A DNA stretch of 64,000 nucleotides from an uncultured Bacteriovoracaceae bacterium (GTDB lineage: Bacteria; Bdellovibrionota; UBA2394): NCBI GenBank assembly GCA_964601045.1, contig CAZRLF010000001.1, positions 134,402-198,401 on the forward strand, given 5' to 3'. Below the pieces are notes generated by a model. It was given only the letters and a program-made list of their open reading frames with translations. It had not been told where the DNA came from and ran no database searches. Every line of letters starts with the position of its first letter. Position 1 is the stretch's first letter. The position numbers and the translations under genes were made by a program. Of the stretch, positions 43,301 through 51,773 are shown piece by piece.

Positions 43301-45641
43301 TGCAGCGTATGCTCACTACCGTTTAGGTCGCCTAAAAGAAGCAGTCACTCTTGCTCGTCAAGTTTATGATGGTGCCTTAAGAATTGGGGACTACCAAAGC
43401 TCGGTGATCTCGGTTTCAATATGGGCCAAAGCAGCCCAAGGCGATCTACCCTTTTCATGTATTGAAAGAGCATTATCGGATAGCCAAGATATTCATACCA
43501 GGGCTGAAAGTCTGCAAGCTCATGGAATTTGTCTGATGAAGCTCAATCGCTTCTCAGAAGCTATGCAAGTTCTTAAAAGCGGAATTCTACTCGTTGAGAA
43601 AGCGGGATTTAGACAAGAATATATCGTGCCACTTTATGCATGGTACGCGACTGCCATTCGACTCAGTTTTGAGAATGAAAATCTTTATAAAATTCAGGCA
43701 CGCCACGAAGAGCTCAACGAATGGAAGTCTGCTGTCGATAAAACCGTAGCAATCTCACATTACTATCAAAATAATCTTCCCCACTCGCTTCGCGAAAAAG
43801 CTCTCTATCTGGGATACAAAGGCAAAATGCAAGCGGCCTTTAAATACCTTAATCAATCCCTTTCAGTCGCAAAAAGGCAGGGGGCAGCTCATGAAGTTGA
43901 ACTTACCTACAAGGCAGGAATACAACTGAAATCTGTTCAGAATTTAGAAATAAGCGAATTTGAGATTCCTCAAGAAATAAACAATTCAACATCTTCTAAA
44001 AATAATTCTTCGCATAACTATTTAGAAAATAATGATATTAGAAAGGCCTCTCCCGCCATCTATCATCAACTTAAATCGATTCAAGCTATGGGCTCTAAGC
44101 TACTCACCTGTATGGATCGGCAGGAACTCTTGTTAAGCTCCGTCGATTTAGTGGCCAGTCTATTTAATGCAGACCGCTGTGCTATTGTTGAAATTCATGG
44201 TGACGGAGATAATTTTCAGTACGAAACGCTTAAAACCTATTCAGAACTTAATTCAGAAGTCAGCCAAACGCTTGTCCGAGAAGTCTTGGTAAGAAAACAA
44301 GCTTTCACATTCGATGATTTGCAAATTCACGACTTTAGCGAAAGCTTCGCCGTTCAAGGCGTGAGATCAGTTTTGGGAATTCCAATTCTGGTCGACGAAA
44401 AAAATACCTATGCCATTTTCGCATTCAATGATCGAATCTCAACTGCTTATGGACCAGAAGAACAAGAGCTCTCAACTTTTGTTGCCCACCTCATTACCGC
44501 AGCTCTTGAAAACTTAAATAATTTTAGAGAACTTCAAGAATCTCGCTCTCGATTACAAAAAATTATCGATGCTGCACCGAATGCCATTATTCTCACCGAT
44601 GTTTTAGGAAAAATCGTACTCGTCAATCAGCAGATGGAGAAGCTGTTTCTCTATTCTCGAGATGACTTACTGGGTCAACCTGTTGAAATGCTGATGCCAG
44701 AGCGTTATCGTCAGCAACATCCGCAGTATCGATCAATGTTTCTCAATAATCTAAAAGCTCGTCCTATGGGTCAAGGAAGAGATCTCTTTGCTCTGCGAAA
44801 AAATGGTACTGAGTTTCCAGTTGAGATTGGCTTGACCCCTCTTTTTACCAGCGATGGAAATTTCGTAATTAGTTCGATTGTCGACATCTCAGAACGAAAA
44901 AAATTCGAAAGCGAACTTATTCGTCAACGAGACAAGCTTCAGGAGTCAAATGAAGATCTTGAACGTTTTGCTTATGTTGCCTCCCATGATCTACGTGAAC
45001 CTTTAAGAGCCATTCGCTCGTGGTCAGAAATTCTTCAGGATAATTTGGGCGACACTTTAAGCCCCGATTCTCAAAAAGCATTTGGATTTATCAAACGAGG
45101 TGCAGATCGAATGTCTTCGCTTGTCCAAGCTTTGCTTGAATATTCAAAGGCTTCGAGAGGAAAATTTGATCTTAAAGATGTTAATTTAAGAGAGCCTCTT
45201 GATTTAGCTCGAAGCAATCTTCTTAAGGCGATTGAAGATTCTCACTGTAAAATCGAAATTGAAGGAGACTTCCCGACCCTTACGGTAGCTCCTTTTTCTA
45301 TCGCACAAGTGTTTCAGAACCTTATCGGCAACGCTATTAAGTACCGCTGCAAGGAAAACTGCCAAATTAAAATTTCTTGTAGGCAATCTGATGCTGATAA
45401 GACCTGGGTTTTTTGCGTTGAAGACAACGGAATTGGAATTGAACCTAAACATATTGACCGCATCTTTGAAGTATTTAAACGTTTACATACCCAAGAGGAA
45501 TATGAGGGAAATGGAATTGGCTTAAGTATTACAAAGAAAGTGATTGAAAAACATGGGGGCAAGATTTGGGTAGAATCAGAGCCTAAGAAAGGCTCAAAGT
45601 TCTTCTTCTCTCTTCCGAACTTAGTCCAAACGAAGGATTAA
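40326..45641 (+). CDS. Multidomain sensor: Ser/Thr protein kinase, STAND/AAA-type P-loop NTPase, TPR-like region, GAF, PAS and histidine kinase (HisKA plus HATPase_c)
   Basis: The kinase domain carries HRDIKPQNVIV, DFGFAK and ISPEQ. The NTPase shows Walker A VEAESGGGKTKLLQEF and Walker B IVFLLDDFQWADE. The C-terminal portion holds GAF (about aa 1265-1420), PAS (...IIDAAPNAIILTDVLGKIVLVNQQMEKLFLYSRDDLLGQP...) and HisKA (FAYVASHDLREPLRAI, with the phospho-His). HATPase_c shows the N, G1 and G2 boxes (NLIGNAIKY, EDNGIGI, GNGIGLSITKKVIEKHGG). Confidence 0.9.
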   Translation: MQAPSQIFFDEPLTFHTSRGIYCTENILKSNSGSVTYIGRHTQTQERVIIKSADSKADSATYTRLIRQASLLQTRHAPNLPEVIHFEERFGKAFLITPFVQGIPLNEIIKKKSLSALETIQIAKSLTSILKEAHAEGILHRDIKPQNVIVPQSGMYDQARLIDFGFAKSFDPELAFSEELLGTLLYISPEQAGLIEASVDDKSDLYSLGMLLSECLLGAPPFDAKNLSDILRKQLYERPALYSLNPKPPEPVLDLINHLIEKDPKDRYQSTDGLLFDLIEIEKLIKKDAERSFTVGLQDKRSSLTYPSFIGRRTELQELSRALDTIRLGPSHVYSVEAESGGGKTKLLQEFSRKCQTSDIRILWGQGRDQVANVPFQVFLETFRGISLLCSKDKDLSERLRISLSDYAGTLVEIFPGFKEIFEPLKPAQKNSGPEAFGEARSMQALFQLFSTLGIAGHPIVFLLDDFQWADELSSKFLKLWFSETARKKISSFSLIIVAFRSEEVDTFHNLRQMQWTRQLKLSALNQTETKELLVSMAGILPSKVCDLIYDTAKGNPFMASALLRGLVESKNLVYQGNEWKMFEIDENIEPSKQAAAILKLRLRNLRDETISILKVASVAGKAFNLNLLSAATDLPRLAIIEGLEQALRRQIISEKPNGDFHFFHDKIREYLLSLLSDAEKTKIHLNMAEFYQTYKSQHPFEISYHFDAAGLSDKALPFALRSAADAREKSSLKVAEEEYQIAVRGIKKHGSFIQAYVFFNLLQVQMLRGRYQEASLTLDEIFKLSLNKPNTAHLWSLKGELSFKQGKTEDAAYALEKALTVLGIKIYSSFVLPLIWEVFIQTLHSCLPRWLYRRRRVMNSNEKLAARILSRITYTYWFTRGRLACAWSHFKEMNLCERFSDSLDLAQAYSEHGPVLTMVPWFKRAQAYVEKSLAIRQKFSDFWGQGQSKHFLGVVKYGSSQFEETIEACEEASSILRKTGDQWEANTASWHAAYAHYRLGRLKEAVTLARQVYDGALRIGDYQSSVISVSIWAKAAQGDLPFSCIERALSDSQDIHTRAESLQAHGICLMKLNRFSEAMQVLKSGILLVEKAGFRQEYIVPLYAWYATAIRLSFENENLYKIQARHEELNEWKSAVDKTVAISHYYQNNLPHSLREKALYLGYKGKMQAAFKYLNQSLSVAKRQGAAHEVELTYKAGIQLKSVQNLEISEFEIPQEINNSTSSKNNSSHNYLENNDIRKASPAIYHQLKSIQAMGSKLLTCMDRQELLLSSVDLVASLFNADRCAIVEIHGDGDNFQYETLKTYSELNSEVSQTLVREVLVRKQAFTFDDLQIHDFSESFAVQGVRSVLGIPILVDEKNTYAIFAFNDRISTAYGPEEQELSTFVAHLITAALENLNNFRELQESRSRLQKIIDAAPNAIILTDVLGKIVLVNQQMEKLFLYSRDDLLGQPVEMLMPERYRQQHPQYRSMFLNNLKARPMGQGRDLFALRKNGTEFPVEIGLTPLFTSDGNFVISSIVDISERKKFESELIRQRDKLQESNEDLERFAYVASHDLREPLRAIRSWSEILQDNLGDTLSPDSQKAFGFIKRGADRMSSLVQALLEYSKASRGKFDLKDVNLREPLDLARSNLLKAIEDSHCKIEIEGDFPTLTVAPFSIAQVFQNLIGNAIKYRCKENCQIKISCRQSDADKTWVFCVEDNGIGIEPKHIDRIFEVFKRLHTQEEYEGNGIGLSITKKVIEKHGGKIWVESEPKKGSKFFFSLPNLVQTKD

Positions 45642-45650
45642 TTTAAACTT

Positions 45651-46097
45651 ATGAAGTCGCCAGGCAAGAATATTTTGATCGTTGAAGACGATGCATCAGA
45701 TATCAATTTAATGCAGATAGCAATCGGTCGCGCCAATGTTAACGCCAAAATTCATTCACTAACAATCGGCGATCAAGTTATGCCCTTTCTTCTGAAAGAG
45801 CACCCTCACGAACAATCTCCCACACCTGACATTATTATTCTCGACCTCAACATTCCAGGTATGAACGGAAAAGAAGTACTCACTGCGATTAAAACTCATG
45901 AGAAACTTAAAGTGATTCCAGTTATCGTGATTTCATCTTCAGACTACGAAAAGGATGTCCGAGAATGTTTGATGGCGCATGCAAATTGTTATCTAAGAAA
46001 ACCTCAGCGGCTTCAAGAACTCTCAGATATTATTGGATCTATCGTTCGGTTTTGGCTGCTTCAAGTTCAACAAGTTTCTTGGGAATTTAATTACTAG
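45651..46097 (+). CDS. Stand-alone CheY-like receiver (Rcp-type), probably the cognate partner of the upstream hybrid kinase
   Basis: ILIVEDDASDINLM...PDIIILDLNIPGMNGKEVL...VIPVIVISSS...ANCYLRKP is the receiver signature. The gene lies 10 bp downstream of the kinase gene. Confidence 0.85.
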   Translation: MKSPGKNILIVEDDASDINLMQIAIGRANVNAKIHSLTIGDQVMPFLLKEHPHEQSPTPDIIILDLNIPGMNGKEVLTAIKTHEKLKVIPVIVISSSDYEKDVRECLMAHANCYLRKPQRLQELSDIIGSIVRFWLLQVQQVSWEFNY

Positions 46098-46164
46098 CCC
46101 AAATCATTCTCATAATTAAACCAAAATTATTCGAAAACCTTATTTTGAGCGACCCAGACATCTG

Positions 46165-47811
46165 ATGCTCCGCATCAAACGAAGACTTTCTCCCAATTGG
46201 CATCTGAAAATGGGTAGAATAAAGAGAGTGAAAGACTACGTTCTTGGTATTGATCTAGGTACAACATATTCATGTGTTGCTGTGATGGAAGCCGACGGCT
46301 CTCGGGTTCTGGAACAAAAAGGCGGCTATAGGACTCTGCCCTCTATTGTGGCATTTAATCCTGATGGAACTCCGATGGTTGGACATATCGCAAAACGTCA
46401 GGCCGTCACGAATGCAGAAAATACTGTGTATGCAGCCAAGCGAATTATCGGCAGAAATTTTGATGCACCCGAAGTCGCTCGCGCAATTAAATCATCACCT
46501 TTTAAAATTGTGCCGGGGCCCAATCGTGACCCAAGAGTTTCAGTTCAAGGACGAAAATTTTCAATTCCTGAAATTTCTGCGCTTATTTTAAAGCAGATCA
46601 AACTGATTGCTGAAGAAGCTCTCAATGCCAAAGTTGAAAAAGCAGTAATCACCGTACCTGCTTACTTCTCGGACGGTCAAAGACAAGCGACCAAAGATGC
46701 AGGCTATATCGCAGGCCTTGAAGTCTTAAGAATTGTGAACGAACCCACCGCAGCCGCACTTGCTTTTGGTTACAAAAAGAAAGTTAATAAAAAAATTGCT
46801 GTCTATGATTTGGGAGGTGGAACTTTTGATATTTCGATTCTCGATATTAGCTCAGATACGTTTGAAGTTTTGTCCACTGCTGGAAATACCTACCTCGGCG
46901 GTGAAGATTTTGATCAACGAATTATTGATTTCGTTGCGAAGCAGTTTGAGCAAGAACATGGATACTCTCTTAGAGACGATAAGATGGCACTACAAAGACT
47001 CAAAGACGCTGCTGAGTCAGCGAAATGTCAGTTGTCGAATTCACTTGAATCCGAAATCAATTTGCCGTTCTTGACTTCTAAAGGTTCCGAATCAAAGCAT
47101 TTAAGAAGAATTTTGAATCGGGCAGATTTTGAAAAAATCATCGATGATCTCGTCGAAGAGACGCTTAAAATTTCAGGATCGGCTCTTGATATGGCAGCAC
47201 TTAAAGTCACTGATATCGATGATGTTCTATTGGTTGGCGGCTCAACACGTATTCCACTGGTTCAACAAAAGGTGAAAGAATTTTTTGGTCGTCCTCCAGC
47301 AAAGAATGTTCATCCCGATGAAGCTGTTGCCATTGGAGCTTCGATTTTAGGGGGATCATTAATTCAAGAAGAATCCCCAGTGATGCTGTTGGATGTTACG
47401 CCTATGAGCTTAGGCATTCGAACTGCGGGTGGATTCACTCAGATTTTGGTGCCAAAAAATTCGACTATTCCTACTGAGGCCAGCCATGTTTTTACGACGG
47501 TGACCGAAAATCAGCGCTCAGTAAAAATTCAGGTTCTTCAAGGTGAAAGTCGCCTTGCCACTGAGAACACCCTGCTTGGTGAATTTACCCTGACAGATAT
47601 TCCTGCTCAGAGGGCCGGCGAGCCCGAAATTCAAGTGACTTTTTCGATCGACTCGAATGGTATTGTTCAAGCTGTGGCAAAAGATCTTAAAACAAAAAAA
47701 GAACAGTCGATTGTGGTCACCTCCAAATCGACTCTTACCGAACCCGAAAGAGAAGAATTGGCAGCCCGCTACTCGGCTATCGAAAAAACCGACGCCATCG
47801 TATCAAAATGA
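46165..47811 (+). CDS. Hsp70-family protein with a short or absent alpha-helical lid (HscC-like atypical Hsp70)
   Basis: VLGIDLGTTYSCVAVME..., DLGGGTFDISIL and VLLVGGSTRIPLVQQKV are the Hsp70 NBD signatures. At 533-548 aa the protein is short for a DnaK (about 640 aa), and the C-terminus ends soon after the beta-sandwich SBD. The start is either ATG 46165 or ATG 46210. Confidence 0.85.
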   Translation: MLRIKRRLSPNWHLKMGRIKRVKDYVLGIDLGTTYSCVAVMEADGSRVLEQKGGYRTLPSIVAFNPDGTPMVGHIAKRQAVTNAENTVYAAKRIIGRNFDAPEVARAIKSSPFKIVPGPNRDPRVSVQGRKFSIPEISALILKQIKLIAEEALNAKVEKAVITVPAYFSDGQRQATKDAGYIAGLEVLRIVNEPTAAALAFGYKKKVNKKIAVYDLGGGTFDISILDISSDTFEVLSTAGNTYLGGEDFDQRIIDFVAKQFEQEHGYSLRDDKMALQRLKDAAESAKCQLSNSLESEINLPFLTSKGSESKHLRRILNRADFEKIIDDLVEETLKISGSALDMAALKVTDIDDVLLVGGSTRIPLVQQKVKEFFGRPPAKNVHPDEAVAIGASILGGSLIQEESPVMLLDVTPMSLGIRTAGGFTQILVPKNSTIPTEASHVFTTVTENQRSVKIQVLQGESRLATENTLLGEFTLTDIPAQRAGEPEIQVTFSIDSNGIVQAVAKDLKTKKEQSIVVTSKSTLTEPEREELAARYSAIEKTDAIVSK

Positions 47812-48428
47812 AAATTCTCAAAGAAACAACCGACTGGCTTGTCATCGACAAACCATCGGGCTTGCACTCTGTTCATCAAAAAGATTGCAGGGGTTGCATC
47901 GAAGAATGGCTACGTAAAGAACGACTCGAATGCGCCTCGCTTAAAGAAGCAGGGCTTGTGCATCGACTCGATGAACTAACTTCAGGCTGTCTACTTGCCG
48001 CTAAAAATCAGAACGCTTATGAGAAATTAAAATCTGAAATGCAGAGCTCTAAAGGCGGTCTAAAAAAGATTTACCATGCACTCGCGAGCGGTACGCCTAA
48101 GCAAACTTCGTTTAAACTTTATTTTACAAGTCGATATAAAGGATCAAAAAAAATTACCGTTACAGATAAAGGCAGCTCTCAAGATAGGGGAGAATGTCGG
48201 TGGAAGATTCTTAAGAAGCTTGGCAATTTTTCTCTTCTCGAAGTTGAGCTTATTGGCCCCGGCAAGCGCCATCAAATTAGGGCTGGCCTTGCCGTTCTTG
48301 GCCATCCTCTGCGGGGGGATGTCTTATATGGTGGGACAGAATGGAAAGAAGGCTTTGGATTACACGCCTATTCACTGACGATTGATGGAGAAAGAGCTGT
48401 TGCACCTGCAAACTGGGAAGTAGATTGA
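47808..48428 (+). CDS. RluA-family pseudouridine synthase (short form)
   Basis: ...LVIDKPSGLHSVH... is followed by the catalytic motif HRLDELTSGCLLAAKN, ...GKRHQIRAGLAVLGHPLRGDVLYGG. The ATGA start overlaps the Hsp70 stop. Confidence 0.75.
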   Translation: MKILKETTDWLVIDKPSGLHSVHQKDCRGCIEEWLRKERLECASLKEAGLVHRLDELTSGCLLAAKNQNAYEKLKSEMQSSKGGLKKIYHALASGTPKQTSFKLYFTSRYKGSKKITVTDKGSSQDRGECRWKILKKLGNFSLLEVELIGPGKRHQIRAGLAVLGHPLRGDVLYGGTEWKEGFGLHAYSLTIDGERAVAPANWEVD

Positions 48429-48448
48429 TCAATATTAGATAATGTTTT

Positions 48449-50365
48449 CTAAGCAATTCCAATAGCACGTAAGCCTTGAACAGCAGTCACGGCGACGATA
48501 TAAGCGACGCCATTAAAGACGATAAGCTGTATAAGCGCCCACTTGGTCGACTGAAACTCTCGTCTCGCTACACCCACTGTCGCCATACATTGAAGAGCGA
48601 TCATAAAAAACAAAATCAAACCAATCACTGAGGCAGGAGTAAAGAGCGCCTCTCCTTTTTGATTCTTGGCTTCATGCATAGTAGTGAGCAAAGTTTTTTG
48701 CATCGAATCCTCATTTTCATCAGTAATATTGAAAACTATCGCCATCGACGAAACAAAAACTTCTCGAGCTGCGAAAGCAGAGACGAGTCCTACACCCACA
48801 CGCCAGTCTCCTCCCATGGGCTCAATAATCGGCTCAAAAACTTTTCCGATAACAGCAGCATACGACGACTGAAGTCGCTCAGATTTATCTTCGTGTTCGT
48901 ATTGTGGAAATGTCGTCATTCCCCAGATGATTACCGACAAAATAAAAATCAGTGGTCCTGCTTTCGTAATATAACCTTTGGTACGCAGGTAGGTTTGCCT
49001 TAAAACCGAACGTAAAACAGGCTTTCGATAGACAGGAAGTTCGAGCATGAAAAAGGATTTCGAATCAATCTTAAGAATTTTATTAGCTATCGCGGCAGCA
49101 ATCGAACCAACGAATAAACTTAAAATATAAATAGCCGCCAAACTTAATCCACCAATCCATGCAGGCTGATTGACTAACAAAAAAGCTAAGAGCAGTGCGT
49201 AAACAGGTAAGCGAGCAGAACAACTCATCAGCGGAATAATAAACATGGTGATAAGTCTTTCTTTACGACCCGAAATAGTTCGCGCTGCCATAAGGGCAGG
49301 AATTGCACAGGCATTTGCGGCGAGCAGTGGAACAAATGATCTTCCATTAAGACCAAGCTTTGAAAGCGGGCGATCAATCAAAGTCGCAGCACGAGCGAGA
49401 TAACCGGAGTCTTCAAAGTAAGAAAGCCCCAAAAATAAAATAGCAATCTGGGGAACAAAAACCAAAACTGCTCCGATACTCGCAATTACGCCGTCCTGAA
49501 TAAAACTCGAAAAAAGTCCGGGAGGTAAATTTTGCGCAGCCAACTCACCAAGCCACGAAAAACTTCCGTCAATAAAATCCATCGCCGGTTGCGCAAACCA
49601 AAAAATGGAAGAAAATAAAACTGCCATAAACGTACAGAATAAAAAGAGGCCGAAAACTGGGTGTAACAACCACCGATCAATTTTTTTCGATTGCGAAACT
49701 GCAGTCTTTATACTTTTAGATCGCTCCGCACTATCGATCATGACCGCGCTACGAAGATTTAAAAGCTCTTGATAGGTTGCTTCGCACTTATCGCTGTTCC
49801 ATTTAGGAAGTTTCGAAATTTTTGTAGAAGCCAGAGGAAGAGTCTCTCGAATTTTATCGATCAACTGTGCAACACCCGTACCTGTTTGTCCGTAGACTGG
49901 AACAACAGGTGAGCCCAGTTTTGCCGTAAGTAATTCAAAATTAATCGAACGTCCCTCAGCTTCAAGCAAATCCATATTGGTAAGCGCAACAACAACGGTG
50001 AAGCCAGCTTGCTGAAGCTGTTTAATTAAAAATAAATGTCGTGAAATCTGAGTCGCATCAACAGTGCCGATAATGAGCGCAGGCTGACCGAACTTTGGAT
50101 GCTCAAAGAGCGCCTTAACAGCAATCTCTTCATCATACGATTTAGGAAATAAACTATAAGTGCCCGGGGTATCGTAAATCTCAAGATCACCACCCCATTT
50201 TTCAGCGATCGAGCCGAGATTTGTTTCAACCGTCGCTCCAGGGTAATTCACTGTTTCGTAATTGGAATCTGTCAGCCAATTAAAGAGAGTCGTCTTACCT
50301 GCATTGGGTGCACCAACGAGAGCAATACGATACTTAAACGCAGCTTCAGCTAAACTAGAATGCAT
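48449..50365 (-). CDS. feoB: Ferrous iron transporter B
   Basis: The G-domain reads IALVGAPNAGKTTLFNWLT...NYPGATVE...DTPGTYSL...TNMDL. It is followed by a polytopic membrane domain. Confidence 0.9.
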   Translation of the reverse strand: MHSSLAEAAFKYRIALVGAPNAGKTTLFNWLTDSNYETVNYPGATVETNLGSIAEKWGGDLEIYDTPGTYSLFPKSYDEEIAVKALFEHPKFGQPALIIGTVDATQISRHLFLIKQLQQAGFTVVVALTNMDLLEAEGRSINFELLTAKLGSPVVPVYGQTGTGVAQLIDKIRETLPLASTKISKLPKWNSDKCEATYQELLNLRSAVMIDSAERSKSIKTAVSQSKKIDRWLLHPVFGLFLFCTFMAVLFSSIFWFAQPAMDFIDGSFSWLGELAAQNLPPGLFSSFIQDGVIASIGAVLVFVPQIAILFLGLSYFEDSGYLARAATLIDRPLSKLGLNGRSFVPLLAANACAIPALMAARTISGRKERLITMFIIPLMSCSARLPVYALLLAFLLVNQPAWIGGLSLAAIYILSLFVGSIAAAIANKILKIDSKSFFMLELPVYRKPVLRSVLRQTYLRTKGYITKAGPLIFILSVIIWGMTTFPQYEHEDKSERLQSSYAAVIGKVFEPIIEPMGGDWRVGVGLVSAFAAREVFVSSMAIVFNITDENEDSMQKTLLTTMHEAKNQKGEALFTPASVIGLILFFMIALQCMATVGVARREFQSTKWALIQLIVFNGVAYIVAVTAVQGLRAIGIA

Positions 50366-50562
50366 CGGGCTTCTTCTTTTCTCAGCGCAATCTTCGTGCC
50401 TCTAGCAGCTACGATATAATCGCCAAAAAGAGTTCGCCCCTCCACGGAGATTTGCTCTCCTCTCACAATACCCAAATCAATCAAACGATTTAGAAGGAAT
50501 TCGTCGCCACTAAATCCCTTAACAACACCCTCAAAACCAAAAGACTTTGAACTTAGGTTCAT
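50350..50562 (-). CDS. feoA: Ferrous iron transport protein A
   Basis: A 70-aa SH3-like FeoA (...VVKGFSGDEFLLNRLIDLGIVRGEQISV...). It overlaps feoB by 16 nt. Confidence 0.8.
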   Translation of the reverse strand: MNLSSKSFGFEGVVKGFSGDEFLLNRLIDLGIVRGEQISVEGRTLFGDYIVAARGTKIALRKEEARCILV

Positions 50563-50576
50563 AATTTCACCCTAAT

Positions 50577-50601
50577 ATTATTGATAATCGTTATCAATAA
50601 T
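50577..50601. promoter_or_regulatory. Fur box (ferric uptake regulator operator) overlapping the feoA promoter/RBS region
   Basis: ATTATTGATAA-TCG-TTATCAATAAT is a perfect inverted repeat with 11-nt arms. Its core GATAATCGTTATC matches the Fur consensus GATAATGATAATCATTATC. It lies 15-40 nt upstream of the feoA start codon (50562). Confidence 0.7.
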
Positions 50602-50740
50602 ATTCTATGCGATCTCATGCACTTAGGCTACCGACTCGCCACCAAAGCTGGATGGCAAAAAAATATTAATAATTTCAATTAGTTATGAATACCACTTCGA
50701 ATTTGACCCTGCAATCTACCTTCGTAACGATAGCAATTTC

Positions 50741-51301
50741 TTAAGCGCGACTCAGGTACTCCCCTGTCTCAGTGCTCACGATAATGCTCTCGCCTTCATT
50801 AATAAAAGGAGGAACTCCAACTTTGATGCCGGTTTCTAAAGTGGCGGGTTTAAGAACATTTGTCGCGGTGGCGTTTTTGATGCCGGGTTCGGTTTCGGTA
50901 ACTTTCAAAGTTACCTTGGGAGGAAGTTCAACCGAAACAGGCTTTCCCTCGATAAAAGAAACGCTGACCTTTGAATTAGGCAGCATATAGCCAGCCATAT
51001 CCTCGAGAAATTTTGCCGAAATATAGGTCTGTTCGTAATTATCGGTGTTCATAAAGACGTAATTATCGCCTTCTTGATACAGATACTCCATCGAGATGAT
51101 ATCCATGCTTAATTTTTCGACGGTATCGTCAGATCTAAAACGATTGGCCAGGTTATTGCCAGAAGTGAGGTCTTTCATTTCAACCTGAACCATGGCTCTT
51201 AGATTTCCGGGCGTATGGTGAACTGCTGAGACGACTCGACAGGGTCGGTCTTTAAACTTAATAACATAGCCTTTTCGGAGATCATTCGCCTTCATATTCA
51301 T
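50741..51301 (-). CDS. efp: Elongation factor P
   Basis: MNMKANDLRKGYVIKFKDRPCRVVSAVHHTPGNLRAMVQVEMKDLTSGN... aligns along its full length with EF-P. Confidence 0.95.
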   Translation of the reverse strand: MNMKANDLRKGYVIKFKDRPCRVVSAVHHTPGNLRAMVQVEMKDLTSGNNLANRFRSDDTVEKLSMDIISMEYLYQEGDNYVFMNTDNYEQTYISAKFLEDMAGYMLPNSKVSVSFIEGKPVSVELPPKVTLKVTETEPGIKNATATNVLKPATLETGIKVGVPPFINEGESIIVSTETGEYLSRA

Positions 51302-51420
51302 AGTCCTTAAGACTTCCTAAAGGTTCTTGCTTATGTCAATCGCCGAACTTCGAAATCAACCCCTCAAACGAGTAGGTACAGCTTGATCATTTACCCTGTT
51401 TATCCCAATCTGAGAGCCGT

Positions 51421-51771
51421 ATGGCTCATGTTGATGTCGAAAAAATTGCTTCACTTGCCTATCTCGAACTCGGCCCCGAACAACGGAGTAAATTTCAGGC
51501 TCAGTTTGATAATATTCTCGAATATGTAGGAAAACTTGATCAGGTCAAAATGACTCCCGAACAAACTGCTGAAATGGGTGCGTTTCATATTCTCAGTAAA
51601 TTTTACGAAGTCATGAAACTTGACCCATCAATCACACTCAGAACTGAAAACGAAGGCCAAGAAATTAACCAAGTTCTTACGACAAACGAAGAAGCTCTGG
51701 CTTCCGCTCCAAAAACAGGCGGGCTTCCTGGACAACTTCTATATGAAGTTCCTTCTATTATTGAGAGGTAA
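51421..51771 (+). CDS. gatC: Asp-tRNA(Asn)/Glu-tRNA(Gln) amidotransferase subunit C
   Basis: MAHVDVEKIASLAYLELGPEQRSKFQAQFDNILEYVGKLDQV is the GatC signature. It sits immediately upstream of gatA and gatB. Confidence 0.85.
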   Translation: MAHVDVEKIASLAYLELGPEQRSKFQAQFDNILEYVGKLDQVKMTPEQTAEMGAFHILSKFYEVMKLDPSITLRTENEGQEINQVLTTNEEALASAPKTGGLPGQLLYEVPSIIER

Positions 51772-51773
51772 GA

